Source of the DNA: Takakia lepidozioides | Taxonomy: Eukaryota; Plantae; Bryophyta | Direction of reading: 5' to 3' | Assembly (NCBI GenBank): GCA_030704615.1 | Contig: JAKLZA010000278.1 | Location: forward strand, 62,001 to 126,000 | Length of the DNA stretch: 64,000 bases | Shown here: positions 23,740-38,009 of the stretch, piece by piece | How positions within the stretch are numbered: position 1 is the stretch's first letter | How the letters are laid out: every line of letters begins with the position of its first letter | Made by a program: the position numbers and the translations under genes | The notes under the pieces: model-generated | Seen by the model: only the letters and a program-made list of their open reading frames with translations | The model's database searches: none | Told to the model about the DNA's origin: nothing

Positions 23740-26700
23740 ACATGGACTGTCTGCCATGCTCAAACACCATCGTCTCATGTTTCACTCTTATATCAATTTG
23801 AATGGAACAACCCTGCAGGAGAAGATGCAAAGTGTGGCGGAGGAGATCCCTTCGGGGCTGGGGAAGGAGATCATTGTTGATGTTGACGATGAGTTCTATG
23901 AAAGCAAAGCCGCTGAGATGCTGGGGGGGTCAGAAGGTTAACTCTTAGCTTGTGGTGCAAAGTATGCTTGCCCCGGGTGGGAGGTTGAAGATTCCCCTGT
24001 GTAGGATGGTTTCCATGCCCGTCGTTCGACCACCCCTCATCAAGGACATTCTCAAGCTAGAGGCCGAGTTTGTTCATGGGTAGTTGGATGGATCCGCAGT
24101 GTTTTACATTTGTACAAAGGATTCCAGAGGCAATGAGCTCCTTGTGGATGAGTCAATCGTGGACTGCTGGGATCCTATTTGGAGACAGGTGTGAACAAAT
24201 CCTTCGAACTTCTTCTCTCCAGGAAACCTTCCACCCAGGCAATCTCGGGGAAGATGTTTCACGTTTGGGATGGGAACCACCGGTTGCTTGCATGGATGGC
24301 TGTCATTGGGAGGCTGCACTCACAGGAGGAAGAGTGGCATTACTCTTTCGATCGATGGTGCTGGATTGTGAGGGAACATGATGGGTCTTCTGACGGAAAT
24401 GAATGATGTGAACGGGTTGGTTTCTCATTCTACATGTTCCACTTGTAGTTCCGTGGTTCTTTGATTAAAGTCCTTGAATTTCATTCTGACTTTCAGATAT
24501 CATTCTGCAGAGGAACGGAGACATCGCATGTCAAAACGAGTTTGGTTCACACACTGTATAGGATACAAAGGATCGGGCAGATGCCCTTGACCAACTTCAA
24601 GACCATCCTTTCAGCAGAGACGTACAAGAAGTGCGAAAGCTCCAAGACATCGGAAACGTGTACTCGTTGACACGTGAGGCTTTCATGAAGTACATGTACA
24701 CGGTGAGATACATCTTCCTTCATCTGCCTTTTCCATATTCCCTTGGGTTGATGCAACTCTCGTGCATTCCCTTGCAGCAAGACATTGCAGATGCAGGGAA
24801 GCGTGGCAAACTGGAATACTACAGGTCAACCCCTGAGGAGATAAGGACAGCAAAGGGGTTGAGAGTCACATCCAAAAGAGATGACCGCTACAAGAAGGAC
24901 TATAATGAGTGCTTTTGTGAAGCAGTTGAGAATTGCCGACCCATCATTCGGATCGCAGTTTCTCCTGGAGATAAAAAAACCATTATAACAAACCAGGCAA
25001 GCCAGAGATGGCCCAGGAGAAGTTACACAGGTTGTCTACCGCCATTGTGTCTTCAGAACAGAAGGTGAAGTGGCTACAGATATGGAACTCCAATCCCACA
25101 GTTAGGGATACCCACATGTTCCCCAGGCCGGAGAAAGAGAAGAAGACCCAGCGTGTCATTCCTGTCAGTGACAATGTGCTGGACACATGGCTTCACAAGG
25201 CCACTTACTGGAGCCAGGTGTGATGTCCTTTCCTGTGTCACTTTCTTTTCTCTTTTCCTGTCCTTCTCTTTCCATTGCCTCTCACATTCGCTGTGATTGT
25301 TTTTGGGTTCATTCTTGCATTTGAATTGTTTTGCAGTTGGAAGAAAGGGCACGGTCGGTTCTGCATACTCAGCTGGCTGACTATGGCATCACTATGACAG
25401 CACCGAAGGTCTCCTTCGAAGCATACATGAGGAAATGGAAAGCCACAGTGTGGCACTCTTGTTTCTTTAGAGAGTTCAGCAAGGAGGGTGGCATCAGTCG
25501 GACACATGACCTCGACCAGCAAGAAAAAGAGAGGAAGCCTGGAAACGATGCCTTTACAGTGCACACCCTGGGCCGTTCAGGCTACTTAGTGTGCTGTGGT
25601 TGCAATGTACTGTGACACATACAGTTTAAGGGGGTCTTCTTGGCGTGAGAAAGAACAAGGGGGTGGTTGATCCCAAGGACCCGTACCATGCAGTGGAACA
25701 TCCGACGAGGGTCATTCGCCCTACCAGGTTGGAGATGGCCAACGTCGGATTCCTTGCCATGATGGAGTCCAAGAAATCTGATTACAAGGGCGAGCCATCA
25801 CCAGTGTGGGAGAGGATTGTGGAGTTCCTCGGCACGGTGCGTGTTCTCTTTTGCATCTTCTCTGCTGTGGGCATGGATCGTTTCAATCCTCTTGAGTATT
25901 CCATTGTAATTTTGTTTGCAGGCTAAAATGACCAAATCCTGGGTGAACGGGAAGGAGAAGCAATATGCAGCCAAACTCATAATCTTGGACATCCCTGATG
26001 GGTTGGCAGTCCCGGATGTCCCTCCATCGGGTGCTTGTCTGGGTTGGAATGCTTTTGATGAGCGCTACTGGCGGTGGTTTTCTCCTTTTGCAATTTTTTC
26101 CTGTCCGATGCAGTGTTTTGGTGCTCATACAGTCGGCCGACGTTCGCTGTCGCCGTGCACTTGCCAGCTATTTGAAAGCCTCGGGCATGAGAGTCCTGAA
26201 GACATGGAATTGTGTGAACAGCATGTACCTTACGAAGGGGGATCGTCCGGGAGAGATGGTAAATTTGCCTTCTTCTTTCCTCTTCTTGGTGGTTCTCGGA
26301 TGGAGTTGTGTAGGTCACTCGAACTCATATGTAGGGGCCTGATTTTTTAAGCTTCTTAGTTCCTTGTGGATGTGTTGTTCGCAGACTCGTTTGTTTGAAG
26401 CTGTTTGTCTCGTCCGAGTGCATCCACCAACGACTCCGGCCGGCATTTCGGAGTTCGCCATCACTCATGGGGCAAGTTCATAGACGACAGGACAGATCCT
26501 CCACGGATGACATGCACCACAACTACGTCGACAACAACGTGTGGTTGCGAAGGGGGAATGGGGTTCCTTGGAGAGGGGCGAGGGAGAGGAGCCCGGCTTT
26601 CATTCAAACGATCCTACACAGACGCCAGAGTTCTGGATTTTGTCAATGGGCACAGGTTCGTCTCTTCAACATTCAGATTTCATGAGGTTTGATTGAGCTT

Positions 26701-26990
26701 GCACTTTCAGTACATCCCACCGTTCCAAATGTGTCTTCAATGTCTGCTTCCTTCATTCTATTCCACTGTAGGTGCTTCGTACCACGCTTGCAAGGCCAGT
26801 GGCGCGACATCTCTTTGGGATTGAAGGGGATGCTGAGATTTACAAGAACCTCCTGATGGGTTTGGGTGGACACACTTCTCAAGTCCTTCCGAAGCCCCGT
26901 CCCGCTGATATTGATACAGAGGAGACTTCCGACAAGGAGCTGGACTCCGATTTTGCCTATGAGTGAGTTCAACCTGTGGATGCTTGCATT
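23740..26990 (+). pseudogene. Decayed paralog of the ParB-methyltransferase-like gene
   Basis: Collinear blocks: LKIPLCRMVSMPVVR, GKMFHVWDGNHRLLAW, HTLYRIQRIG, EKLHRL...KWLQIWN, LIILDIPDG...DERYW, PWRGARERSPAFIQTIL, RHLFGIEGD; several stops and frameshifts. Confidence 0.88.
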
Positions 26991-27974
26991 GTTGTTTCAA
27001 TATCGAGAATCACTGTTCTTGAGGCAAAGTTCACATGGCAGACATCCTCTTCGTTGGACTTGTGTATTGCATATTGTGTTCTGAATGGGTTTTTGTCGAC
27101 ATGTGCAGGAGTCCGCGTGCTTCCACTTGCCCTCCAGGGCTATCACACCTATTTGGACTTCTTTCCAGTCCTCCTCGGTCTTGCGTGCTACCTGTCTATG
27201 CGGAGGCACTCGCAACAAGCATGACCGTTCATGGCACTCGGAGTCCACCCATCGACGGCCGTGGTAGAAGAGTGTGTGTTGGGGCAGAATCTTTGTGGAT
27301 GACATAGCACAGGGGTCGAGACTGATTCTGATGACTGTGACACTTGATATAGTTTTCTTTTGGTTTTATTCGGGGCAAATTTGAAATGGGATGGTGTGTG
27401 TCCTTGTTGTCCTGTTTGCAATGTGTGCGTGGAATGCACATTTAATGGGAACAAACTATTGTTGGAGATGGGGGTTGCATGGACTGCCCGGATTGTTCCT
27501 TCAATCTATTTAGTGTTTTCTGGACCTCACAGACTTGAGTGCATTGCAAAAACAAACAAACGACTTTGGTTCGTGTACAGCATTCTCGCATCATTTGGTC
27601 GTTGGTCTCCAAACCATTCCTGCTTGAAAATGGTTGGTGAATCCATCACGGTGAAGTCCACCTCATCAAAGAGCTGTGAGGCATTCTCAAATCTATTGAG
27701 CATCCATGATGCTCCCGCACATACCTGGCATGTTCGCAAGGATGGTGAGTAAGAAAAGATTTCGCAGGGATCCGCTTTAGATCATGTCAGTGTGCACCTC
27801 CTCACGACGTACCCACATAAACTTGTGAGGCTTGGTATGTTGATAACGTCTGCATGGATGCAATGGATACAATGGATGTAACATATCCATGGCCACTGCA
27901 TTCCCGGGAAATGGCTGATCAACCCGCGGAAAATAGGTGACACCCGCGGAAATAGGCCATGTATGTATGCTGAC

Positions 27975-28054
27975 GTGGCGTGAGCCTGTGCTTGGGCTCA
28001 CGGTTTCCTGGGCTCATAGGCTCACGGCTCCAGGCTCACGGAATAGCACCCCCC
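27975..28054 (-). repeat. Right terminal inverted repeat of the sister MULE
   Basis: GGCTCAC/GGCTCAT heptamers followed by GGAATAGCACCCCCC. Confidence 0.75.
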
Positions 28055-28347
28055 TTCACGGGCAATGGTGTGTCACCCACGACAATGTCCCTCACGGCAG
28101 TGTCAGCCACACCGGTATCCGCAGTGTCACCCTGAGGTGCAGTGTAACCCTCCTTCCCTGTTGCTCCTCTCTGCGCAGTGTCACCCTCGGTTTCAGGGCC
28201 TCCTCCCCTTGCAGTGTCACCCCCGCATCAATGTGACCCACGAAGGCTCGGTGACTGTCTGTCTGCTCAATCCCCCGGACAATGTCACCCTCAATACTGA
28301 CCACCTCCTCCAATGTGACATGTTGTGGCGCGAAATGACTTGGATCT

Positions 28348-31268
28348 TCAGTGCATCATTCGAACAGTGTCATTATGAGAGAGGTTGACCACCTGATCCT
28401 CACAAATACTTACATTGCTGCATGGAGGGTTCAACCCAGCATCTCCAGATTCAAAGTCATACACAGACTCTGGGTCAAGCGGGTCCCCGGTTCTTCGATT
28501 AAGACCTCCAAAAGAAATGACTGGGGATGCGGACAAAGAGGTTCGCACTTGGGTGTTCCACCTTGATGTATCATCTTCAGTATCAGTATCAGAATTCACG
28601 GGCAAATCCCGCGTCAAGTCTGCTAGGTTCACCCCCAAGTGCAGCTGGGTTGAGTACAATTCACCAACCTGCGACAAAGATACAATGGTAGATTGACTTG
28701 GAATGATGTCCTCGTCATGTACATCGTCGCTTTGCAAGGCGGAAATTGAATGAAGATGAGGTTCAACCATCTCCTCATCCTGTAACATAGAGGGCCCATC
28801 ACTCGTTTGCACGCCCCCTGTATCGCATTGTGGAGGGGCCCCATACACAACTTCGTGAAGCTCACGTTGAGCCTCAAAAAGGTTTTTGAACGCATTGGCG
28901 ACTTGATTGGTCATGAGCTCGGACTCATCTGCATCGGGGAAAAGACAAAGGTTTTCAGTCGTGGAACGAGATTTTTGAAAGTGCAAGGGTTACACTATAT
29001 AAGGGTTACACTGACTAGGACAAGACAGTGGTTCGGATTACACGATGTGGGTTACACCACCCTTGTTAGAGACAGTAGTTTGCAATGGGTTACACTACAT
29101 GGGTTACACTAGTGAGATTACACAACGAGGGTAACAAATCTAGGGTAACACAACGAGGGGTAACATTAGGGGTACACTGATTACAGGGTTACATACTCCG
29201 AGGGTTACACTGATTACAGGGTTACACACAGCGAGGGTTACATTGAGTACAGGCTTCCACATAGCGAGGGTTACACTGATTACAGGATTACAAACAAATG
29301 GGTTACACGACGAGAGGGTGACAGTGGATGGAGTAACACTTACAGAGATACCAAGGCACACAGACCCAATGTCTCTCATATTGGATGCCCAAACGCGCAT
29401 TGAAGTCCATTTTGTTGGTGATTCGCTGAAGAGGCCACAACACCAAAGCTGGATAAACGATTCTCTCTGATGGATCGCAAAGTGATGGGCGGCGCGACGA
29501 TGGCTTGCCTTGCAAAACTGTATAGCTCCGTTGATCTTAACTGACTTGTCACCCCACTCTTCTGTACTCAAACTCGATCTTAAGTCCTCGAGCTCAAAAT
29601 CCAAGGTCGCAATCCCGTCACCAGGTTGTGCAAAGTACATCAGACTAAAGCCATAATACTCATACCAGGTCCTTCACCTTTGAGGCCGTAAGAGCACTTT
29701 CCAGAAGGTCAGTCGTGAACCCCAACCTGGGATGCGTTTGGGAAACTGATCTGCCATGATTTCTTACATCGTTGTGGGCCAGAATTCTCAAAAGAAGTGG
29801 TGGCGGTCCAATGTGCGGTTTGGTGAGATTCTCCATTTGACTGATCAATCCTTCGCAAAACTGCGAGTGAATTCCAACGGATCTGGAACAACCAAACCTT
29901 CAATTCCATCTACAGTAATAGTGATGACAAGAGGATTTGAAGTTCTGGCATCGTCAAGGTCGGTATTGCCAACAACTGGTTCGTCCATCGTGTCATCATC
30001 ATGTGAGGCTTGGCTCTCTCGATGGACTCGTGTAAGTCTCCCACATTTCTTCTTTTTCTGCTTTAGCATGTCAGGATGCCCAATGCTCTCCAAATACTCC
30101 TTCAGCCGATTCAATTCCTCTATCATTGACGGACCATGATCCGGCTGGGCTGTAAATGCCTTGTGGGCAGTAACAACACTGTCCATATCATTCTAAGATG
30201 ATGTCGAGCTCCCTGCGCAATACAGCGTGAGGGGTTACACCAGAGAAAAGTTACAGCACGAGGGGTTACACATGAAAAAGGGTTACAAGGAAGATGGGCT
30301 ACACGGGGTTACACAGAGGTGGGTTACACACCAGAGGGATTTTTAAAAGGGGTCCTCTGTAGGTGGATTACACTCTGGGTTACACGCCACAGGAGAGACA
30401 GGGGGGGTAACACAAAGGGTTACACGGATAGACAACATTTGAAAACAGAGAAATGGCAGGGAATCCAACTTGATTGTCCGTCGATAGAACCCAACTTGAT
30501 TTTGCAGCTGTCGCATGGACTGCGCCCTCGCCTCGCGCAACAAATTCTTGGAATGCTGGCCAAAACCCCTTCTCATTGACATTCGGAAATGGGAACTGAG
30601 GAATAAGGCCATGCGGTAGCATAAGGATTGAGCCTGGAGTTCGCTTTCGCAAGATGAACCTTGAGCTCCGGTTTCCCCGGTTTCCAATGTTGATTTTCTT
30701 TGCAATAGGGACAGGTAGAGGCGGGCTCAGTCGCCGCTTGTCTCTCTCGTTAGGAACCTGCCGAACAGAAGGACCAGGACAGAAACAACAGGAGCACCAG
30801 AAGATGGAACCTCTGCAGCAGAAGTAGCCGCAGAAGGTACAACAGCAGGCACTTCAATCAGATCTGCAATCTCACCCAAAGCCACCCTATTTGCAGAATC
30901 CATGCATGATATGCATCAACAGAAGAAGCTGAAACAAAATTCACCACATTTTCAACAGCCATGGCATGCTTGAGCTCCACATCAGGAAACGGTTTTGTTC
31001 CTTTCGGTCTGGCCATACATGCGGCCGTTCCATCGACAATTTGCCGATTCAATCTGCTCTTATCTACCTTTACTTCCCCACAGTAAGGACATTTGAACTT
31101 AGGCCGGCCCTTTGCTCCCTCCACGGCCTCTCTACACCTGGTGTGGCAGTACGCGATCATTGTAGCATGCTCATGCTCAGTGTACCAGAAGCGAATTCGT
31201 TCGCCGTCCCTCTTCAAGTGATCAAATGGAATAGTAGCCTCTCCAGGGAACAGATAACAATCAGCCAT
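28348..31268 (-). pseudogene. Decayed multi-exon gene of unknown family with an N-terminal CxxC finger-like motif
   Basis: Coding-like blocks 31268-30900 (KFKCPYCGEVK), 30186-29350 and 28986-28348 on one strand, separated by motif-filled intron-like tracts; contains stops and frameshifts. Confidence 0.42.
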
Positions 31269-32574
31269 GGCAAAAGAAAAAGCTGACAGAAGAGAAGAGC
31301 AAGAGCAAGAGCAAGAGCAGACAAGACAAGACCAAGATAATTCCGAAGAACGCACAGCAGGGAGCACGCACAGCAAGGAGTGCAGGAAGAATCTGAAAGG
31401 GCTGCGAGAAGGGAAAACTAAACAATGATCAAAGAACGAAGAACGAAGCTAGCTAGATGTCACCCGTAAGGCACATCGGTTAAGCGAAAGCCGGCGGTTC
31501 ATTAAAATCTGGCGGCTTGCAATCAATTATATCCACACTGACTCACACGTGTATGAGTTGCAATCCCGGTGTCACCCGAAATAGCGGAGTGTAACCCATA
31601 ACCCTACACTTGTGAGCGCGACAAACCGGCCGTTACCCGCATGCGAGACACGTCGAGTGTAACCCTCCGTCATGTACCCACATATGGTGTAACCCTTCGT
31701 CACAACCTCATGTACCCCTAGTCTATGTGACTCCCGAACACAACATCGATGTAACCTTGTCATATCAAACCATTAGTATGCAACCTCCAGGTAAACATGG
31801 TCAATGTAACGCCCCACCCATGTAACCCTAGCCTATGTGGCTCCGCGAGCACAACATCCACGTAACCCATCAACATGTCAACCCCATCTAAACCTCCATT
31901 ACTAAACCGTCTACCAAGCCACCATGTATTGAGAAAGAAAACACCGTGTAACCCCCTGTGTGTAACCATAGCACACGTGACGCAGTCATATAAACCATCA
32001 GACATGTAACCGGTTGACAATGCTTGCAGAACACGCAGGATTCGATACGTATTGCATCCAGAATAGCGATGAGTAGGCTGCCTCGGCTGGTATGTGAACA
32101 AAAGATACACGAGAGGAGAGTGAATGGGCACCCCGTCAAATGAGCGGCTGCTTGCATGGCTAGACCGAAAGAAACAAAACCCTTTCGTAATGCGGATCTC
32201 AGGAATACCATAGCCATCGGGGACGGTGACAAAACAACAAGAATGACATTGAGAAAGAAAAAGGATAGAGACAACCGTATCAATCGTAGAGAAAACCGTA
32301 GTAATAGATTTGCCGGATCACTGCGCGGAAAGCATTGTCTTGCATGTTGCTGGGAGGACGATACGGAACTGAATGAACTACAAATCTTTCACATTGATGT
32401 GTGAAGCCGATTGGGCGCCACGGGAATTGCAGAAAGCTGATGCCCCAAAGCAAAAAAACGAGCGAGCTAGGAATCTGAAAAATGGACGGAGAGAGCAAAT
32501 TAGGGTTTCGGCCTCCATTTCAACCTCCATTCGGCCGTCGGATAGTTTACACGTGTATGATGTACACGAGGCGG

Positions 32575-33255
32575 AGTTACAGAGGGTTACATGGGTTACA
32601 GAGGGTTACAGAGGTTACATGGATACAAAGGGTTACACAGGGTTACATGGAGTGAGGGTTACATAGGGGTGAGGGTGACACTCTGCGGTGTTACAGAGGG
32701 TTACATGGTGGTGAGGGTTACAGAGGGTCACAGAGGGTTACATGGGTTACAAAGGGTCACAAAGGGTTACATGGGTTACAAAGGGTTACAGAGGGTTATA
32801 TGGAGTGAGGGTTACATAGGGGTGAGGGTGACACTCTGCGGTGTTACAGAGGGATACACGGGTTATAGAGGGTTACATGGTGGTGAGGGTTACAGAGGGT
32901 CACAGAGGGTTAGATGGAGTGAGGGTTACATAGGGGTGAGGGTGACACTTTGCGGTGTTACAAAGGGTTACATGGGTTACAGAGGGTTATATGGTGGTGA
33001 GGGTTACAAAGGGTCACAGAGGGTTACATAGGTTACAAAGGGTTACAGAGGGTTGCATGGAGTGAGGGTTACATAGGGGTGAGGGTGACACTTTGCGGTG
33101 TTACAGAGGGTTACAGAGGGTTACATGGTGGTGAGGGTTACAAAGGGTTATAAGGTGGTGAGGGTTACACCTGGTGAGGGTTACAGAGGGTTACAGAGGG
33201 TTACATGGAGTGAGGGTTACATAGGGATGAGGGTGACACTCTGCGGTGTTATAGA
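32575..33255 (+). repeat. GGGTTAC-based minisatellite with a recurring GGAGTGAGGGTTACATAGGGGTGAGGGTGACACT block
   Basis: Directly visible; the block occurs five times. Confidence 0.92.
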
Positions 33256-36200
33256 GGGCATCGCGGGTTGCGACCCCCGGACTAAAAAACACGTCGCAGG
33301 GGGCGTCGGGCGTTGCTGCCCGCAAATAGGGTTTGCGACGCCCGACCGTCGCTTCTTGCAACCCCGCCCAAAAAACATGTCGCCCTTGGCAACGTGCTGC
33401 AGTCGCGAGGGCAGCCTGGTGGGGGGGGGGTTGGGGGTTATTTTGGGGGTGAATTGGGGTGGTTTTTTGTTTTTTCCCGGTTTTGTATTTGGGGATGGGA
33501 GAACTTACAGTTCCATTTCTCTGAGTTAGCAGGTACACAATTGAGCAAGCATGAATCGAGGGTGAGGACGGTGCGACATATGAATAAGATGGAAGATGGA
33601 AAGATGGAAAATATTTACAAGACATGAGCTGAAAAGCTCACAAGGGTTTAGTAGACTGACTCTGGGACCTACATGGACTAGGACTAGTCATCCTCATCCT
33701 CAACCTCAGTGGAGGACTCAGAGCTATCCGATGAGCCTGATGACTCCGCGCCCTTTGCCAGAGCACGTAAATGAGGCGGCGTTCCCCTAAGTCCCATAGA
33801 GCTCTCATCCAATCCCTAGGCATGACCCTCGACCTCATCCATACTAGTGCCCTGTAGTGCACTCATCCCCTCTGTGTTGGCCATGTTCTTCATGAGGGAT
33901 TGCCAACCATGCTCCTTGGCGTAGTTGTACTCTACCGGAGATGGCTTCCTCTCAAACGCACGTTGCTACACATGCCACAAATTAAAGTCAGTTCTTCGCG
34001 ATGATGGATCAGAAAGAAGACATAACAAAATCCATAGGGAAATACGACTTACAAATCGCAAGATAAAACCCTTGGATCCGTCGACGCCCCACTTGTGTGT
34101 GGATTCGTGCTTGTCAAGGCGGACTGTTGTTGCTTCGCGTGCCCGGTCAAATTTGGCCTTGTTTGCGGCATCAGTCTCTCCCGCAATGAGTGCATCCCAC
34201 GATACCTATGCACCCCCCCCCCCCCCCCCCAACAATTAGTGAATTACACACATACGTTGCATCGAATCCACCTCATTAATGCACATGCGACAAATGGAAG
34301 GTGACATGATTCAGGATTTGCCAACTTGTGTAATTCCATAAGGTGGTTTGGGTATGGCCCCCTTTTCCATTGCCCTCCGAATGATCTGTCTGGCACGGTA
34401 CCTCCTATCCTTCAAGTTTCGCCCCACCATCTCCATCACCCTTGTGTCACTCCAATTGCCCGAAAACCGGCGGTCTAATTCACGGGCATACGTCCGCTTC
34501 GCACCAAAGTGCTGATCAGCCCACTCGATGTGCAAAGGGAACCACCTCAATGCGAGTTCGAAGGTTGGCTTCTTCATAGCCTCAAGGCCATCCCACCCTC
34601 TCCTTTCTTTGTAGCCTCCTTCCCCTGCTCCTTTGTTACCCCACTGCCCTCCCCCGCATGCACACTCACCCCTTCCTCTCCATGGGACTTCTTTTTCTTC
34701 TTTTCTTTTCTTCCCCTTCCCCGCTACTTCCTCTCTCTCCTTCTCCCCTCCCTTCTCTCTCTCCTCGGCAGCCCCTTCATTGATGGTAAAAGGGATCTCG
34801 GGAGATCGAGGCCTCTTCTTCTTACCTTTGGTGTTCGGGTCCTTCATGAACACCACGTGCTCCCTCGTTGGCAACCCCACGGGACTGCACCAATGAGGCC
34901 AGCCACATTGCTGCCTCTTGAGACAAATAACCCCTCCAAATTCAAAAAAAGAAACAAACAACAAAGAAAATCATGCATGCAAAGGAAAGGATAAATCATG
35001 GAACAAGGTGCGACAGTTGTACCTTTGCAAGCTTGTCTGACTCGCCCATGGTGTCACCCGATGTGGGAGGAGTCCCCGTTTCCGGATGTGCCTGCTCTAT
35101 CCCCTCCTGGAGCGCCACTGGAAGTAGATTCCAGATGTGGATCATAGCCGGCGGCGGCGCCCCGTAGTCCAGGCCCTTCTTTGCTGACCGCTCAGGCTCA
35201 GGGGGTGGTGTCGCTGATCGGCTAGGCTGCTCCGAACCGGCCCATACCTCCTCCTCTCCCCACCCCCCCCCCCCCCCAAATGCGTATCAAGGTAGAAACC
35301 CTCACCCGGCTTGACTTCTTCAGGCGCTTCGCTATCTTGGCCACTTCATTGGCCCCTCGTCTCCTCCTCCCTCATCGACAACAATGGGCTGGCAATGGAG
35401 GCTTTCAAAGGCCCTTGAACCTGACGTTGGGCCTTGGCAAGTGCAGCCTTTGCTGCGGAGGAAGGGGTCGCTATGGGGGAAAGGTGCCCATACCGGGCCC
35501 CCGAACGGGTGATGTGCTTGCCAAGGTACATTTCACCCGTCTTGGTGGCCGGGGGTGTGCTCAACTGAGCATCCGGCTCAGCAACAACCTCCCGAATAGG
35601 AGAGCTGGCTGAGCCGGCCCCTGGCGCATCCAAGATGTGGACAAGAGGGGGGGGGGGTACTGGCCTCGGGGGGCCAGACGAGCCCTCTGGTTGCGGCTGT
35701 CGACGGGGCTGGTTAGCCGTGAGACGCCCTGGCGTGTCACACGTGCCGGCAGAGCAAACGGATTGTCCGCCCCTTTCTTTGGGGCAGGGGACTTCTCTTC
35801 CCCATAAGCTGGCACCTGTCATGCAAACCCACAAGTTGGCCTCATTAGGAACATTCCAGATCAAAAACAAAAAACACCAAGCATGTCGGGGGCTGACGAG
35901 GGGGGCAACAAATAGAAAGAAAAAGGGGGGGGGGCGGGGGGCAGTGACTGAGCACCACGGGCTCAGTCCCCCCCTCTCCCATTTTATTTTTTTTGGTTTC
36001 CTAATCTCTCCCTCTCTCTCTCCCTCTCTCTCCCTCTCTCCTCTCCCTCTATAACTTTTTGGATTTCATTTGGCCCTGATATTTACTATTTGCTTCTTTC
36101 ATCTAAACTGGATGAAATACATGAATAATGGTGACCTATTCTAAAAATCCAAGAGGTAGTAATTTGTACCATCATAAATGATGGTAGTTACTAAACCTAA

Positions 36201-38009
36201 GCCTATACCGTAACCCTAAGATACCTTTTTATGGGATATCATCCATTAACAAAGTGCATCTCTTTAAAATGTGATTTTTCATCCACCCTGGATGAGAAAT
36301 CGGGAAGTTGTGCCCTAAACGGGCCGACATATTTCACAACACAGAACTCGTGCTTCTATGATCCTTGATGATGCGCCGTGTAAACCTGCTCCCTTGCGGC
36401 TACATGGTACTCGTGATGGCTGGCTTTTGGGATGCGCATTGGCAGATAGACAGATTTCTCTGGCAGTCGACAATGCAGTGATCGCTCTGCTCAGAAATTA
36501 TGATTCTGTTAAATTCGCAGCGGCGCTCTTACTCCTCGTTGGGAAGTACTCCACCCCTACTTAGCCACAGATTACATGTTGCTCTCTTTCTGTATGAGCT
36601 ACTCTCTATATGTGAACACTTCTACTTTGATTGCGTTCTGCTGGAGACATCTACTGAACGCCATGGCGCAAGGCATACCACAAACATTCAAGGTTTTTTT
36701 TTTTGAGTGTACCCTTGCTTGGATTACGATTTGTACATGCTTTAGAATTCAACACTGACATGGATAGCAACTGAAAAACCTGCCACTCACCTGATGCATC
36801 CTCACTAACACACATCTATGTGGTGGTTTTTGGGACGGGCACAGGTGAGGGTTTTCACTTGTCTTGAATTATTGAAGCCTGCAGAGTCTGATTCATGCAT
36901 AAGGGATTGCTGCTACCGCCTGAAGCTGCTGATACCAACTGTTGTTTCAAATCTGCCATCTTGCTGCCTCAAATCGGCTTCAAGTCTGCTCTAATGAGGA
37001 TCACCTTCTTACTCCTTATCCCTGTTTTTGGTTCTTGATAACCACTTCTATATGTTTTGGAGTTAAGACACACAAAAGACTTCATAGAAAACAAAATCTC
37101 TGTTGAAGGCTCTGGCTGTTTTCAACAAAGGTACATGGCTGCGGCTATAGCTCTGGCAGCATGGAAACCAAGCTCTGAAATGAAACACCATGGCCTGGCT
37201 CTGATGGATCAGAAGATAGACCTTGTGATAACAAACATTCTTCAAGGCTCTTATATCACCACTATTTCATTACATGATAGGGGACAATGGTTTCTGAGTT
37301 CATTTCTTTAACTAGCAGAGCTTGTTATGAGGCCCTGGAATACCACTCCAGGCCCATATCTACTTGAGGGTACTCAGCCCTATGTTTTGTTTTGTTAGAA
37401 ATCTGGCTTATGACTTGGCACTGAAGCACCTTCAGACCTGGCCCCATCAGTATTTTGGTTTTCAAGAACTACTTGCTGGTAGATGTTGTGCGCTTCCTAC
37501 CTATACTATGGCAGAGTTTTGATCTTGAAGTCCTGGAATAACTATCCAGGCTTACATATGCCTGAAAAAACTCAGCCCCGCTTCTACTTTATGAATCTTG
37601 CATGTGTCTTGGCACTGACAGATCAGTTTCACGCCTACACAGGATGTTGTTTTAGGAAGATGAATGGCTCAAGAACTAGATTATGTAAGGCTTGACCCGT
37701 GTCAACAACAAAAAATGAATGCTTTATGTCAACTTATGGGGCTTTCAGGATATGAATGACCAGGAATCCCGCCCTCCCACCCTGTTTTTTCAGATACCCT
37801 GAAAAGTTATAAGATGTTCAAATGAGTTGGTAAAAGGGGTTGTTAGATGATGCCCTATAAAGGGTTGCTTTGTCTTTCAATGACAATGACCTTAGTGGTC
37901 TTGTCCATGTCTTGACATGACATGTATATCTTCTCTCCCTCCCTCTTTTTTTTTGCTGTTCACAAAAGTAAACAAACCACAAGGGAGACAGGGTGCAGAA
38001 AAAGTTAAA

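Larger units (their letters stand above)
21254..28054. mobile_element. Truncated, decayed sister MULE (left part with the transposase core missing)
   Basis: Paralog of the ParB-MTase gene, its own palindrome array, and a right end GGAATAGCACCCCCC matching the 7561 terminus at 14 of 15 bases. Confidence 0.75.
28055..33257. mobile_element. Unclassified GGGTTAC/GTAACCC-rich element fragment
   Basis: Motif clusters at 28070-28300, 28985-29340, 30228-30425, 31560-32010 and 32575-33255 separated by decayed coding-like blocks; no termini or transposase seen. Confidence 0.5.

Noticed and set aside
32591-33529. Gly/Val/Thr-rich ORFs (also 2478-2926)
   Set aside because: Translations of minisatellites.
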